From positions 1-48,497 of IMG/VR virus record IMGVR_UViG_3300032323_000845: a stretch of 48,497 nucleotides of DNA, one strand, 5' to 3'. Position 1 is the stretch's first letter. Each line of letters opens with the position of its first letter. This stretch comes from a virus (Duplodnaviria; Caudoviricetes). Below, one piece after another: positions 20,595 to 29,560 of the stretch. Position numbers and translations under genes: made by a program. Below the pieces are notes generated by a model. It was given only the letters and a program-made list of their open reading frames with translations, had not been told where the DNA came from and searched no databases.

Positions 20595-20924
20595 ATGGCA
20601 ACAGGAAGATTAGGTATAGCCAACATTACAACTACTGCAGATACTACTCTGTACACAGTGCCCGCAGGCACTTTTAGCGTGGTTACAGTGAATGTTGTAA
20701 ATAGAAGCAGTGTAGCCTCGGCTGACATACGTATAGCAGTGGCCAGTTCAGCTACTCCTACACTAGGCGAATACATTGAATACGATGCAGATATCGTAGC
20801 AAGTGGTGTGCTGGAACGCACAGGTATTGTAATGGACGCAGGCAAATTATTAGTAGTATCCACCCCCACAGCTACTCCTACACTGAGTGTAGTAGTAATG
20901 GGTATAGAAACTTCAACAGCATAA
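20595..20924 (+). CDS. Small beta-sandwich virion/fibre-associated protein
   Basis: 'TTLYTVPAG...VNVVNR...YIEYD...VLERTGIVM..G..LVV' pattern; SD GGAG. Confidence 0.65.
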   Translation: MATGRLGIANITTTADTTLYTVPAGTFSVVTVNVVNRSSVASADIRIAVASSATPTLGEYIEYDADIVASGVLERTGIVMDAGKLLVVSTPTATPTLSVVVMGIETSTA

Positions 20925-20936
20925 GGCGGAAACATC

Positions 20937-21917
20937 ATGGGACGAAGAATAAATGTTGGTATTGTTGGGTCAGGCGGTGGTGGTATTGGCACCATTATTG
21001 CCAGCGGCACTGGCAATACACTAAGCACCGCTCTAGCAAATCAAGATCTTATTATAGATCCCAATGGCACTGGTGGAGTTAATGTTCAAGCTGATCTAAC
21101 AATCACTGATCAACAAGATCTAAGACTGCGAGAAGCAGCTTCTAACGGTACTAATTATATTGCTATGCATGCCGCAGCTAACATGGCTGCTAATTACACC
21201 ATTACTTGGCCATCAGCAGTATCATCAACGTCTGGCTTCTTTCTATCATCGGATAGCAGCGGTAATTTATCATGGACCAGTGCCGGTGGAAATATTGCTG
21301 TTTCTGATCCAGGTTCAACTGCCACTGTGCATTATCCTCTATTTGCAACCAATGCTGGATCACTGCCTAGCACATTAGCTCCTAATGTTAGATCTAATCT
21401 AACATTTGTGCCCAGCACAGGAATATTAACAGCAAGCGGTGGATTTATCGGAGCAACGTATGACGGCGGTACAGCTAATTCTGGAACACTAACTATGCGT
21501 GGAACAAGTTCAGCTACCAAAGCCACAGCTTCGATCTTGATGACTGACGGAGTAGCATCATCTAGCACAGGAACTGGCACCTTGGTAGTAACAGGTGGAG
21601 TTGGAATCTCAGGGCAAATGACTGCTGCTACTATTGTAGAAACATCTAGTATTGCATTTAAAGAAAATATTACCCCTATAGAAAACGCACTTGACACAGT
21701 TATGAAACTGTTTGGAGTTTTTTACGATCGTATAGATACCAAAGAACATGAAGCTGGATTAATTGCTGAAGATGTTTACAAACATGCACCCGATTTAGTG
21801 AGTTTAGATAAAAATGGCAAGCCATACGGTATTAAATACACCAAGCTGGGAGCATATTTGGTAGAATCGATTAAAGAATTAAAACAGGAAATCAACAGTT
21901 TGAAAGCGATTAAATAA
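20937..21917 (+). CDS. Tail fibre protein with a C-terminal intramolecular chaperone (Peptidase S74-like) domain
   Basis: TSSIAFKENITPIENAL...GLIAEDV...PDLV...GIKYTKL..YLVESIKEL followed by a coiled-coil end. Confidence 0.82.
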   Translation: MGRRINVGIVGSGGGGIGTIIASGTGNTLSTALANQDLIIDPNGTGGVNVQADLTITDQQDLRLREAASNGTNYIAMHAAANMAANYTITWPSAVSSTSGFFLSSDSSGNLSWTSAGGNIAVSDPGSTATVHYPLFATNAGSLPSTLAPNVRSNLTFVPSTGILTASGGFIGATYDGGTANSGTLTMRGTSSATKATASILMTDGVASSSTGTGTLVVTGGVGISGQMTAATIVETSSIAFKENITPIENALDTVMKLFGVFYDRIDTKEHEAGLIAEDVYKHAPDLVSLDKNGKPYGIKYTKLGAYLVESIKELKQEINSLKAIK

Positions 21918-23647
21918 TGGCAACCTTATTAAACACAACTATTTCAGACACCGGAAATTTGCGTTTACCGGTTGGCGCAACTGGTGATCGTCCGTCGGCA
22001 GAAGCAGGCCAATTAAGATTTAATAATACAATCAACAGGATCGAGTTGTATAACGGTGCGATGGCTGCTTGGATTGACCAAATGTATACCAACGTACACG
22101 CCACAGGTGGCAATTCAGTATACGAAACAGATGTAGAAGGCACTACCTATGCTGTGCATGTTTTTAGAGCAACTGGAAACACCGATTTTGTTGTAACTCA
22201 AGGTGGTCGGGTTGAATATCTAATAGTAGGTGGTGGTGGTGGTGGCAGCGGAAACTTCTACGACGATGGTGGTGGCGGTGGCGCAGGTGGTCTAATTTCT
22301 GGATTCACCACAGTAACTCCACAGACATATACTATTACTGTAGGTGGGGGTGGTGCAGGACAAGAAGGCAGTGGCGGGTCTGGCGGAAACAGTGTGGCAT
22401 TTGGACTGACAGCTCTTGGCGGTGGCGGTGGCGGCGGCCACCGAAGCAGTGGCATAGCCGGGGGTAGTGGCGGAGGTGCAGCAGGATTTTATGGTGCAAA
22501 TGACGGACAAAGTTATTTTCCAGGAGCTGCAAATCAACCAGGATCAGCCAGCGGTGGATTCGGTAATCCCGGCGGTGGCTACACACTTAATGAACCAGTG
22601 CCAGCGGTATATCCTTCATCCAGCGGCGGTGGCGGAGCAGGATCGGCTGGCATGCGTCCTCCAGCAGGTGGTGGAAGCGGCGGCGCTGGCGGCAACGGCT
22701 TATGTTTTAACATCACCGGTTATAATACTTTTTATGCTGGTGGTGGCGGTGGTATTCAATCAGGACCTGGCGGTATCGGCGGTGGTGCAACAGCACAAAC
22801 TGGCCGAGGCGGAACCCCGGCAATAGCAGCAACACCAAATACTGGTGGAGGCGGAGGCGGTGGCAGGACAAGTGGGGGTGAATTTGGATCATCAGCCGGC
22901 GGCGCCGGAATAGTTGTGATCCGGTATCCTATTCGTCAGAAGGGAGCACGGTCTTATATTCGTGAAGTCAATGACTCTAGCATAGTGGCAAATTTTGATT
23001 TTAGTCACGCACAATCTTACCCCGGAACTGGATCTTTTGTATATGACAGTAGGTCTTCTGGAACTACCGGGATCCTAGTTAACAGTCCTCCGGTGAGAGA
23101 TTTTAGAACTCATAGAAGCAGTTTTGAAATGAACGGAAGTAATCAACACATACGATTAGAAACTTTTAAAAATAAACCAACAGGCACAGGGTTAACCCTC
23201 GAAGCTTGGATTTTTCCTAGAAGAGCGGTATCAACTGGCACACTTAGAGGAGCCATTTGGTCAAGCAGTTCTAGTACATACTTGGGAATTTTTGACTCCA
23301 ATGACGGTGGAGCCAATCACGGATTACATTGGGCTTTACAAACTGTGGGTCAACGAACTGGCGGCAACAACGGAAGCATTCCAAGAAATAACTGGAGTCA
23401 CATTGTTGGCACCTATGACGGTAGTCGTACCCGAGGTTATGTCAACGGAGTGTTGGTCTACGATGTAGCACAAACTGGAAATGTCACTGACGGTACATGG
23501 TATCTTGGCACATACGGTCAGGGCATCAACGATGGCACTCATAATCATGACGGGTTTGTTACTGGTGCTAAAATTTACAATAGAGCATTAAGTATCACAG
23601 AGATACAAAATAATTTGAACGCTACAAGATGGAGATTCGGAATCTAA
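21917..23647 (+). CDS. Glycine-rich fibre/adhesin with a C-terminal LamG/concanavalin A-like domain
   Basis: VEYLIVGGGGGG...GGAGIVVIRYP glycine-rich domain; TLEAWI, WSHIVGTYDG, YVNG and IYNRALS..EI..N LamG motifs. Confidence 0.82.
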   Translation: MATLLNTTISDTGNLRLPVGATGDRPSAEAGQLRFNNTINRIELYNGAMAAWIDQMYTNVHATGGNSVYETDVEGTTYAVHVFRATGNTDFVVTQGGRVEYLIVGGGGGGSGNFYDDGGGGGAGGLISGFTTVTPQTYTITVGGGGAGQEGSGGSGGNSVAFGLTALGGGGGGGHRSSGIAGGSGGGAAGFYGANDGQSYFPGAANQPGSASGGFGNPGGGYTLNEPVPAVYPSSSGGGGAGSAGMRPPAGGGSGGAGGNGLCFNITGYNTFYAGGGGGIQSGPGGIGGGATAQTGRGGTPAIAATPNTGGGGGGGRTSGGEFGSSAGGAGIVVIRYPIRQKGARSYIREVNDSSIVANFDFSHAQSYPGTGSFVYDSRSSGTTGILVNSPPVRDFRTHRSSFEMNGSNQHIRLETFKNKPTGTGLTLEAWIFPRRAVSTGTLRGAIWSSSSSTYLGIFDSNDGGANHGLHWALQTVGQRTGGNNGSIPRNNWSHIVGTYDGSRTRGYVNGVLVYDVAQTGNVTDGTWYLGTYGQGINDGTHNHDGFVTGAKIYNRALSITEIQNNLNATRWRFGI

Positions 23648-25528
23648 ATGGCACAACTTTTAAATACTACCTTGTCTAGCACAGGATTTTTACGACTTCC
23701 TCTGGGAACCACAGCCGAGCGTCCAGGATCGCCAGTGTCTGGAATGATTCGATATAATACCACAATAAATGACACTGAATATTATGACGGAACAACATGG
23801 CGTGTGATTTCAGACTCTCACCCAGAAGCCACAGGCGGAACTATCATTGACACAGAAATAGGCGGAGTTCCTTATAGAATTCATCTATTCACTACTGTGG
23901 GTAGCACTAATTTTGTTGTGTCAAAAGGTGGAGAGATAGAATATTTAATAGTAGCCGGCGGCGGCTCAGGCGGTTCGGGCCGTCACGCTGGCGGTGGTGG
24001 CGCTGGCGGACTCCTGACCGGATTAACCACAGTCACTCCTCAGACATATGCAATGGTTGTAGGGGACGGCGGTACCGCTGCTGCATCTAACGGTGACGGT
24101 GCTGTGGGCAACGGAAATAACGGCGGCAACAGTTCAGGTTTTGGACTAACTGCTATTGGTGGCGGGCGAGGCGGCGGCCATCCAGGACCTACTGAATCAG
24201 GAGCAGCCGGAGGCAGTGGCGGCGGTGCTGGACACAGTGGTACTGGTGGAGCTGGCACAGCAGGTCAAGGCAATGCAGGAACAGGTGTTGCAAACAGAGC
24301 AGTTTGCGGTGCAGGTGGCGGTGCAGGTGGCGCCCCAATTGCGGGATTTGGTGCCGAAGGTGATGCAACAGGTCAAGGCGATTTAGGTGGCATCGGAATA
24401 TACTCAACCATTTTACCTCCAGGATATTATTTTGCAGGCGGTGGCGGCGGCTCAGGCAGTCCCAATGACGGCAGCGGTGATCTTTGGATTGGCGGACACG
24501 GCGGTCTTGGCGGTGGTGGTGGTGGCGCTACCAGCACTCGAAACGCGGGATCTCAAGGCGGGTTCGGCGGCCAAGGACTTAATCGTGGCGGTAACGGCGC
24601 TCGAGAAATCAGAACTGGAGCCACTGGGTTTTGTAACGGAGGCTCAGGCGGTGCCAACACTGGCGGTGGTGGTGGTGGCGCCGGCGGTTGGGGCAGTATA
24701 GGAAATGGCCGTGGTGGCAATGGCGGCAGTGGTGTAGTTATAGTGAGATATCGTCGCAACCTTAGTTCAGCGACAGCACCAACATATATTAGAAGAGGCA
24801 TACTAGGCGCCACATCTAACAATCCAGCAAGAAGTGCTCTCGAAATTATGAGAAACAACGGCGAAGTGCCGGACGGGGTGTACTGGATCGATTTACCCGG
24901 TGTAGGCCCTACTGCAACTTATTGCCTAATGAATACTGCGTTCAAAGGCGGTGGATGGATGCTGGCATTAAAAGCCACAAGAGGAAGTACATTTAACTAC
25001 GATTCAAACTATTGGACAACAAACAACACTCTAAATCCTACCTTTTTAGATCTGTCGGACAGAGATGCTAAATTTGAAGCTTTTAATCGATTCCCTGCAA
25101 CGGAAATTATGGCTAGATTCCCTGATGTGCAGAACGGAGGCACGATGGAAAATTTAGGTGGCTGGATTTGGGACGAGCAATTACCAAACTCTCCGTCTAG
25201 CTTGTCAAGTTTCTTTGCTAATTGTCCGCAGACTCGTCTTTTAGAAAGCGACGAAATTTTTAATTGGCGAGGACACAGAAATAGCGGACCGTTCTCCGCT
25301 CAGAGTGTTTGGAGAAAATACGGATTTAATCTTACATCTGGAAACGGAAGACAACGATGGGGATTTCAGTGGAACGAAAACGCTGTAGATGATCCTACCT
25401 CGCAAGACGTTGCAGGTGGTATAGGAGTAAGTGGGCTTGCTTCGTTCTCAGCAGGCGATCAGGTCAATTGCTGCGCATCATACACTGGGTTGAATAGAAC
25501 CTTTAGGTTGGAATTGTATGTCCGATAA
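23648..25528 (+). CDS. Glycine-rich fibre/adhesin with a C-terminal fibrinogen-like domain
   Basis: Glycine-rich domain followed by NPARSA...DGVYWID...TYCLM...GGGWML. Confidence 0.78.
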   Translation: MAQLLNTTLSSTGFLRLPLGTTAERPGSPVSGMIRYNTTINDTEYYDGTTWRVISDSHPEATGGTIIDTEIGGVPYRIHLFTTVGSTNFVVSKGGEIEYLIVAGGGSGGSGRHAGGGGAGGLLTGLTTVTPQTYAMVVGDGGTAAASNGDGAVGNGNNGGNSSGFGLTAIGGGRGGGHPGPTESGAAGGSGGGAGHSGTGGAGTAGQGNAGTGVANRAVCGAGGGAGGAPIAGFGAEGDATGQGDLGGIGIYSTILPPGYYFAGGGGGSGSPNDGSGDLWIGGHGGLGGGGGGATSTRNAGSQGGFGGQGLNRGGNGAREIRTGATGFCNGGSGGANTGGGGGGAGGWGSIGNGRGGNGGSGVVIVRYRRNLSSATAPTYIRRGILGATSNNPARSALEIMRNNGEVPDGVYWIDLPGVGPTATYCLMNTAFKGGGWMLALKATRGSTFNYDSNYWTTNNTLNPTFLDLSDRDAKFEAFNRFPATEIMARFPDVQNGGTMENLGGWIWDEQLPNSPSSLSSFFANCPQTRLLESDEIFNWRGHRNSGPFSAQSVWRKYGFNLTSGNGRQRWGFQWNENAVDDPTSQDVAGGIGVSGLASFSAGDQVNCCASYTGLNRTFRLELYVR

Positions 25529-25733
25529 CATTGAGTGGGATGCAGAAGAATACAAAACTCTAGGGTACATTACATCTACCGAAGGGAGAAAACAGCGCAT
25601 TGCAATTTGTGAAAGTTGCGAAAGTCTTACTAAATTAAAATTTTGTAAAGAATGCAAATGTTTTATGCCCGTAAAAGTATGGGGTAAATTTATAGATTGT
25701 CCACAAGGTAAGTGGGTTAGAGAAGAGGAATAA
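25518..25733 (+). CDS. Small Cys-rich putative metal-binding protein (DUF6171-like pattern)
   Basis: R..IC..C......C..C.CFM.VK......CP.GKW. Confidence 0.65.
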   Translation: MSDNIEWDAEEYKTLGYITSTEGRKQRIAICESCESLTKLKFCKECKCFMPVKVWGKFIDCPQGKWVREEE

Positions 25734-25743
25734 AGGACTTAAC

Positions 25744-26727
25744 ATGGCAACACTACAAAACACCACTATCAACAGCACTGGATTTCTGCAGCTACCTAGA
25801 GGCTCTACGGCACAACGTCCAGCAAGCCCGTCAAACGGAGATGTTAGATTTAACACTGATTTTAATATTGTAGAGTGGTATGATGGAACTTATACCAGTT
25901 GGTTTCCAGCTGGAGTACTCAGTCCAATAGCCACAGGTGGCACAGTTAGCAACTTTACACAAAACGGCAGAGGCTATCGGGCACATACTTTTTCCACAAT
26001 TGGCACAGCATCGTTCACAGTAACCAGAGGCGGCCTAGTCGAGTATCTAATTGTGGGTGGCGGCGGTTGTGGTGCAGACGTGGGTGGTGGTGGCGCTGGC
26101 GGAGTTTTACAAGGACAACTATTGCTGTCACCGCAGACTTATTCTATCGTAGTTGGTGCAGGTCAATCAGCCAACCCAGACGATTCAGACCCTGGAATAA
26201 ATGGGGATCCAAGTTCGGCATTTAACTTAGTTGCTGCCGGTGGCGGTGGCGCTGGCGGTGGCTTTGTTGCAGGCAGAGGCATGGTTGGCGGTAGTGGAGG
26301 TGGCGGTGGAAGAAACCCCTCCGGAAGTATATGGGGTCTCGGAGGAGCCGGACGTCCTAACCAAGGGTTTCACGGCGGCACACCTATCTTTTTTCTTTCA
26401 GCAGATTGGGAAGGCGGCGGCGGTGGTGGTGCAGGCGGACCTGGCGAGCCTAGCTATAGCAGCGAGTGGGGCGGCGATGGCGGTGACGGTGTTAGTTCTA
26501 GTATCAATAACACACTTACATTCTACGGTGGTGGCGGCGGCAGCGGAAGTAATACTCGCCGGGGCCGAGGCGGTATTGGCGGCGGCGGTCAAGGAAAATT
26601 AAATAGTGACGGCACCAGTAATGACGGTGGCGCAAATACCGGCGGAGGCGGCGGTGGAGGTTGGAGCGGACCAACAGGTGCTGGCGGTTCGGGAATTGTT
26701 ATAGTTAGGTATAGAACAACTGGTTAA
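25744..26727 (+). CDS. Glycine-rich fibre/adhesin with no extra C-terminal domain
   Basis: Same N-terminal anchor and glycine-rich domain as 21917 and 23648; ends just after GGSGIVIVRY. Confidence 0.78.
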   Translation: MATLQNTTINSTGFLQLPRGSTAQRPASPSNGDVRFNTDFNIVEWYDGTYTSWFPAGVLSPIATGGTVSNFTQNGRGYRAHTFSTIGTASFTVTRGGLVEYLIVGGGGCGADVGGGGAGGVLQGQLLLSPQTYSIVVGAGQSANPDDSDPGINGDPSSAFNLVAAGGGGAGGGFVAGRGMVGGSGGGGGRNPSGSIWGLGGAGRPNQGFHGGTPIFFLSADWEGGGGGGAGGPGEPSYSSEWGGDGGDGVSSSINNTLTFYGGGGGSGSNTRRGRGGIGGGGQGKLNSDGTSNDGGANTGGGGGGGWSGPTGAGGSGIVIVRYRTTG

Positions 26728-27896
26728 AACTGTAGTTGATTTAACATTACAGCATCTAGTTTTTCAGAAATGCCTAACCCGATAATATTTTGATGGAATG
26801 CATTAGTTGACCACAAACCGTATTCTTCATCGTCAGGACAGAGATTTCCGCTGGGCGAAAATCTCGACTTCCAGTACATCCTAATAAAATTATTATCTTT
26901 AGCAGTGATATCTAAACATTGATTTGCCCGATCAGTGGCAAACTTCCAAAATTCTGTATCAAACGATGATCCTGCTAGATAATGCAACATTATCACAGAT
27001 TCAATTTCTCTAATATTTTGTCGATATTTAAAATTAGCTTGATCCACGCTCTGGTGCCCATTCCATAAATCCCACGAACTTCGTTGTATGTGATCCATTA
27101 CTCCAACAGAAGTAGCTTCTAGAGGTTCTAAAAAGAAAGATGCATTACCATTGTATGCAATTCGTTCAGTGTAATTTGATTTCCTGTAGTAGTTGCCAAA
27201 CGAAAATGTGTTGGTATCTTGACTGGGCGTTAGATTGTATTTTTCGAAAACATTTTTAACATCTTCTTTTACCTCTTCAAGCGTATTGATATTCTTGTTG
27301 TATAGATATCCAATAGAACATCTGTTTTGTAAAGGAACACCAAACACCCAGCCGTAGGGTCTAGCAACGGTTAATGTATGTTGAAATCTAGGATATTCCC
27401 AATAGCACTGTGTTACATGAACTGAATTTACAGGGATGTACGAAGGAATATCAAATTCTTCGTAGGAACTAGGCTTGCCTGAACAATCCATGACAAAGTC
27501 AGCATCAATGTCTGTGGCTTTGATATTATGTTCTTTTACAGTTACTTTATCTTTGACTTTTTCAAAGATGTAATTCTGTAGTGCTACGGCATTAAAATGC
27601 ACAGCAGCATAAGGTGGCGGGAATGAATGCAGAAAATCTTCTTTGCCTTGCCCCCAATTTGATTTGTAGATTCCAGTTTTCAATGTACCGTCAATTTTAT
27701 CAAGTTCTAGATAGTTGAAATTTAAATTTTGAAATAAATTTCTTGATAATGGCAACACCGACCCTTCGCCCACAGCCTGGGGAGATATACTAGGATCAAA
27801 ATGCCATTCAATTTCACAATCAGGCATATGTCTTAAAAAATGTATTACTGACTGTGCTCCGGCAGTACCCTTGCCAATTATAGCTACTTTTTTCAT
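26724..27896 (-). CDS. Flavin-dependent halogenase-like protein (tryptophan halogenase/PrnA family, short form)
   Basis: GxGxxG (IIGKGTAG), VGEGS, K in TLKTGIY..NW (PrnA K79-equivalent), DCSG, GWVFGVPL, FLEPLEATS. Confidence 0.82.
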   Translation of the reverse strand: MKKVAIIGKGTAGAQSVIHFLRHMPDCEIEWHFDPSISPQAVGEGSVLPLSRNLFQNLNFNYLELDKIDGTLKTGIYKSNWGQGKEDFLHSFPPPYAAVHFNAVALQNYIFEKVKDKVTVKEHNIKATDIDADFVMDCSGKPSSYEEFDIPSYIPVNSVHVTQCYWEYPRFQHTLTVARPYGWVFGVPLQNRCSIGYLYNKNINTLEEVKEDVKNVFEKYNLTPSQDTNTFSFGNYYRKSNYTERIAYNGNASFFLEPLEATSVGVMDHIQRSSWDLWNGHQSVDQANFKYRQNIREIESVIMLHYLAGSSFDTEFWKFATDRANQCLDITAKDNNFIRMYWKSRFSPSGNLCPDDEEYGLWSTNAFHQNIIGLGISEKLDAVMLNQLQF

Positions 27897-29560
27897 TTTT
27901 GAATATCCTTGGTTTCTAGTAATTTACAATCTTGAACGAAATAAACATAATCAAGTTTGCTGGTGTTTAAAATATCTACTGCATCTTGTTTGGTTTGTGC
28001 CAACGGATTACCAGCAAGATTCAAACTGGTATTCAGTAGCATAGGGCATCCAGTCTTTTTATAAAATTCTGTTAACAACTCAAAGACGAACCCACTTGAT
28101 ACTGTTTGAATTCTACAGCTACCGTCTATATGAATTATGCCAGGAACAATATTTTTAGCATTTTCAGTAGCAGATAGGCTCACGGTCATAAAAGGATAAT
28201 CGTTAATGCCGTGTGTAACAAAAAACTCATGAATTTTGTCTTTTAAAATAATACCTGCGAACGGACGATACCATTCTCTCTTTTTAATTTTATTAACAAT
28301 GTCTTTGCAATTAGGATTACGAGGATCAAACAATATAGATCTATGTCCAAGTGCTCTGGGCCCAGCCTCTGGCGCTCCGTCAACGATTGCTAAACTTTTT
28401 TGTGCCAATAGAATGTCAACAAGCTCAGATATAGACGCATCAGTTCCTTGCGTTATCTTTTCGTTTTGATCGTAGTATTGATAAAAGGTATCTGTTATAG
28501 GACGAATAGTAGAATCTTTTGTTTCAGCTCTATATTTCAACATGGCAGCACCCATGGCGATTCCAGAATCATCTGCCAGTGGTTCAAAATAAAAATTTAC
28601 ATCAGGCAAATTTTTAATGTAAAAATTGTTGGCCACAACATTCAGACCATATCCACCTACTACACATACATTAGTAATGCCAGTTAATTCAACACTCTTT
28701 TTAATTAAATCTAAAACAGCCTGTTGTGTTTCTAATTGAACCTGTTTGGCTTTGTCTGCATATAGTTTATAATTGTCGGGAGTTATGTCATTAGTACTGT
28801 AGTCGCTTAATCCGTCAAAGCACACAACTTTTTTCATGTGCTTATTATCAACATATGAAAAATAATTAGAAATTGGACTACCGTTAACAAACAGTGAATC
28901 GTATTTTTCATCTGTGCCGTAGGCAGACAATCCCATGGTCTTGCCATTTTCAAGAGGATGTTGATTGATCAATGTCGTAGCAGCTTCATATACCTTAACA
29001 ATACCCAACTTGTCGTGTAGACACACACTTGTACCTGGATACTGCGAGGATATTTCTTTTTGTAATCTTTCTGTATTAGACACATAATTAGGCTCAACAG
29101 AGAATGACTTGTACAACGGAGTTATATTATTAGGATAGCTACAGTAATATATAGACTCAGATTCAGTGGCGGCGGGAATAGAATCTTGAAAAAATATAGA
29201 GCCGTTTCGATCAATGACAACAGTTAAGCATTTACTGAATCCGCTGTTATAAAATGCCAAACTGGCATGGCACAGGTGATGAGACAAATTTGAAAAATTT
29301 TCAAGAGATGCGTTAAATGTTTTTCTAATGTAATGCTGATATACTGTTTGAAAATTTGTATGATTATCGTGCGGATTATGATAAAGCACGTGGTCTATTT
29401 TACCAAACTGCAAAGAATTATACAAGTCTAACGACTTAAAAGGATGCATGTCTCTTTTAACTTTTGATAATCGTTCCTCTTTGCAAAAAAATTCAATTAT
29501 TCCGTTGTTGATAGCGCACACAGAACTGTCATGCGCTATATTAAATGCAAGTACTCTCAC
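27893..29560 (-). CDS. O-carbamoyltransferase (NodU/CmcH/TobZ family)
   Basis: HDSS, EERLSK.K, HHLCHA, GKTMGLSAYG, GGYGLNVVAN, DSGIAMGAA, GPRALGHRSIL, KREWYRPFA, HIDGSCRIQTV, LLNTSLN. Confidence 0.92.
   Translation of the reverse strand: MRVLAFNIAHDSSVCAINNGIIEFFCKEERLSKVKRDMHPFKSLDLYNSLQFGKIDHVLYHNPHDNHTNFQTVYQHYIRKTFNASLENFSNLSHHLCHASLAFYNSGFSKCLTVVIDRNGSIFFQDSIPAATESESIYYCSYPNNITPLYKSFSVEPNYVSNTERLQKEISSQYPGTSVCLHDKLGIVKVYEAATTLINQHPLENGKTMGLSAYGTDEKYDSLFVNGSPISNYFSYVDNKHMKKVVCFDGLSDYSTNDITPDNYKLYADKAKQVQLETQQAVLDLIKKSVELTGITNVCVVGGYGLNVVANNFYIKNLPDVNFYFEPLADDSGIAMGAAMLKYRAETKDSTIRPITDTFYQYYDQNEKITQGTDASISELVDILLAQKSLAIVDGAPEAGPRALGHRSILFDPRNPNCKDIVNKIKKREWYRPFAGIILKDKIHEFFVTHGINDYPFMTVSLSATENAKNIVPGIIHIDGSCRIQTVSSGFVFELLTEFYKKTGCPMLLNTSLNLAGNPLAQTKQDAVDILNTSKLDYVYFVQDCKLLETKDIQK

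Noticed and set aside
21911-21919. TAAATA directly before ATG 21917 as a late promoter
   Set aside because: Zero spacing; it is explained by the Lys codon plus the TAATG stop/start overlap.
22229-26700. (GGT/GGC)n runs as CRISPR, satellite or phase-variation repeats
   Set aside because: They are in-frame glycine codons with mixed synonymous positions and no repeat-spacer structure.
7107-26727. Diversity-generating retroelement or invertase shufflon acting on the fibre genes
   Set aside because: No reverse transcriptase or recombinase in the window, no adenine-only-mismatch repeat pair and no inverted recombination sites seen; paralogues differ at synonymous positions.
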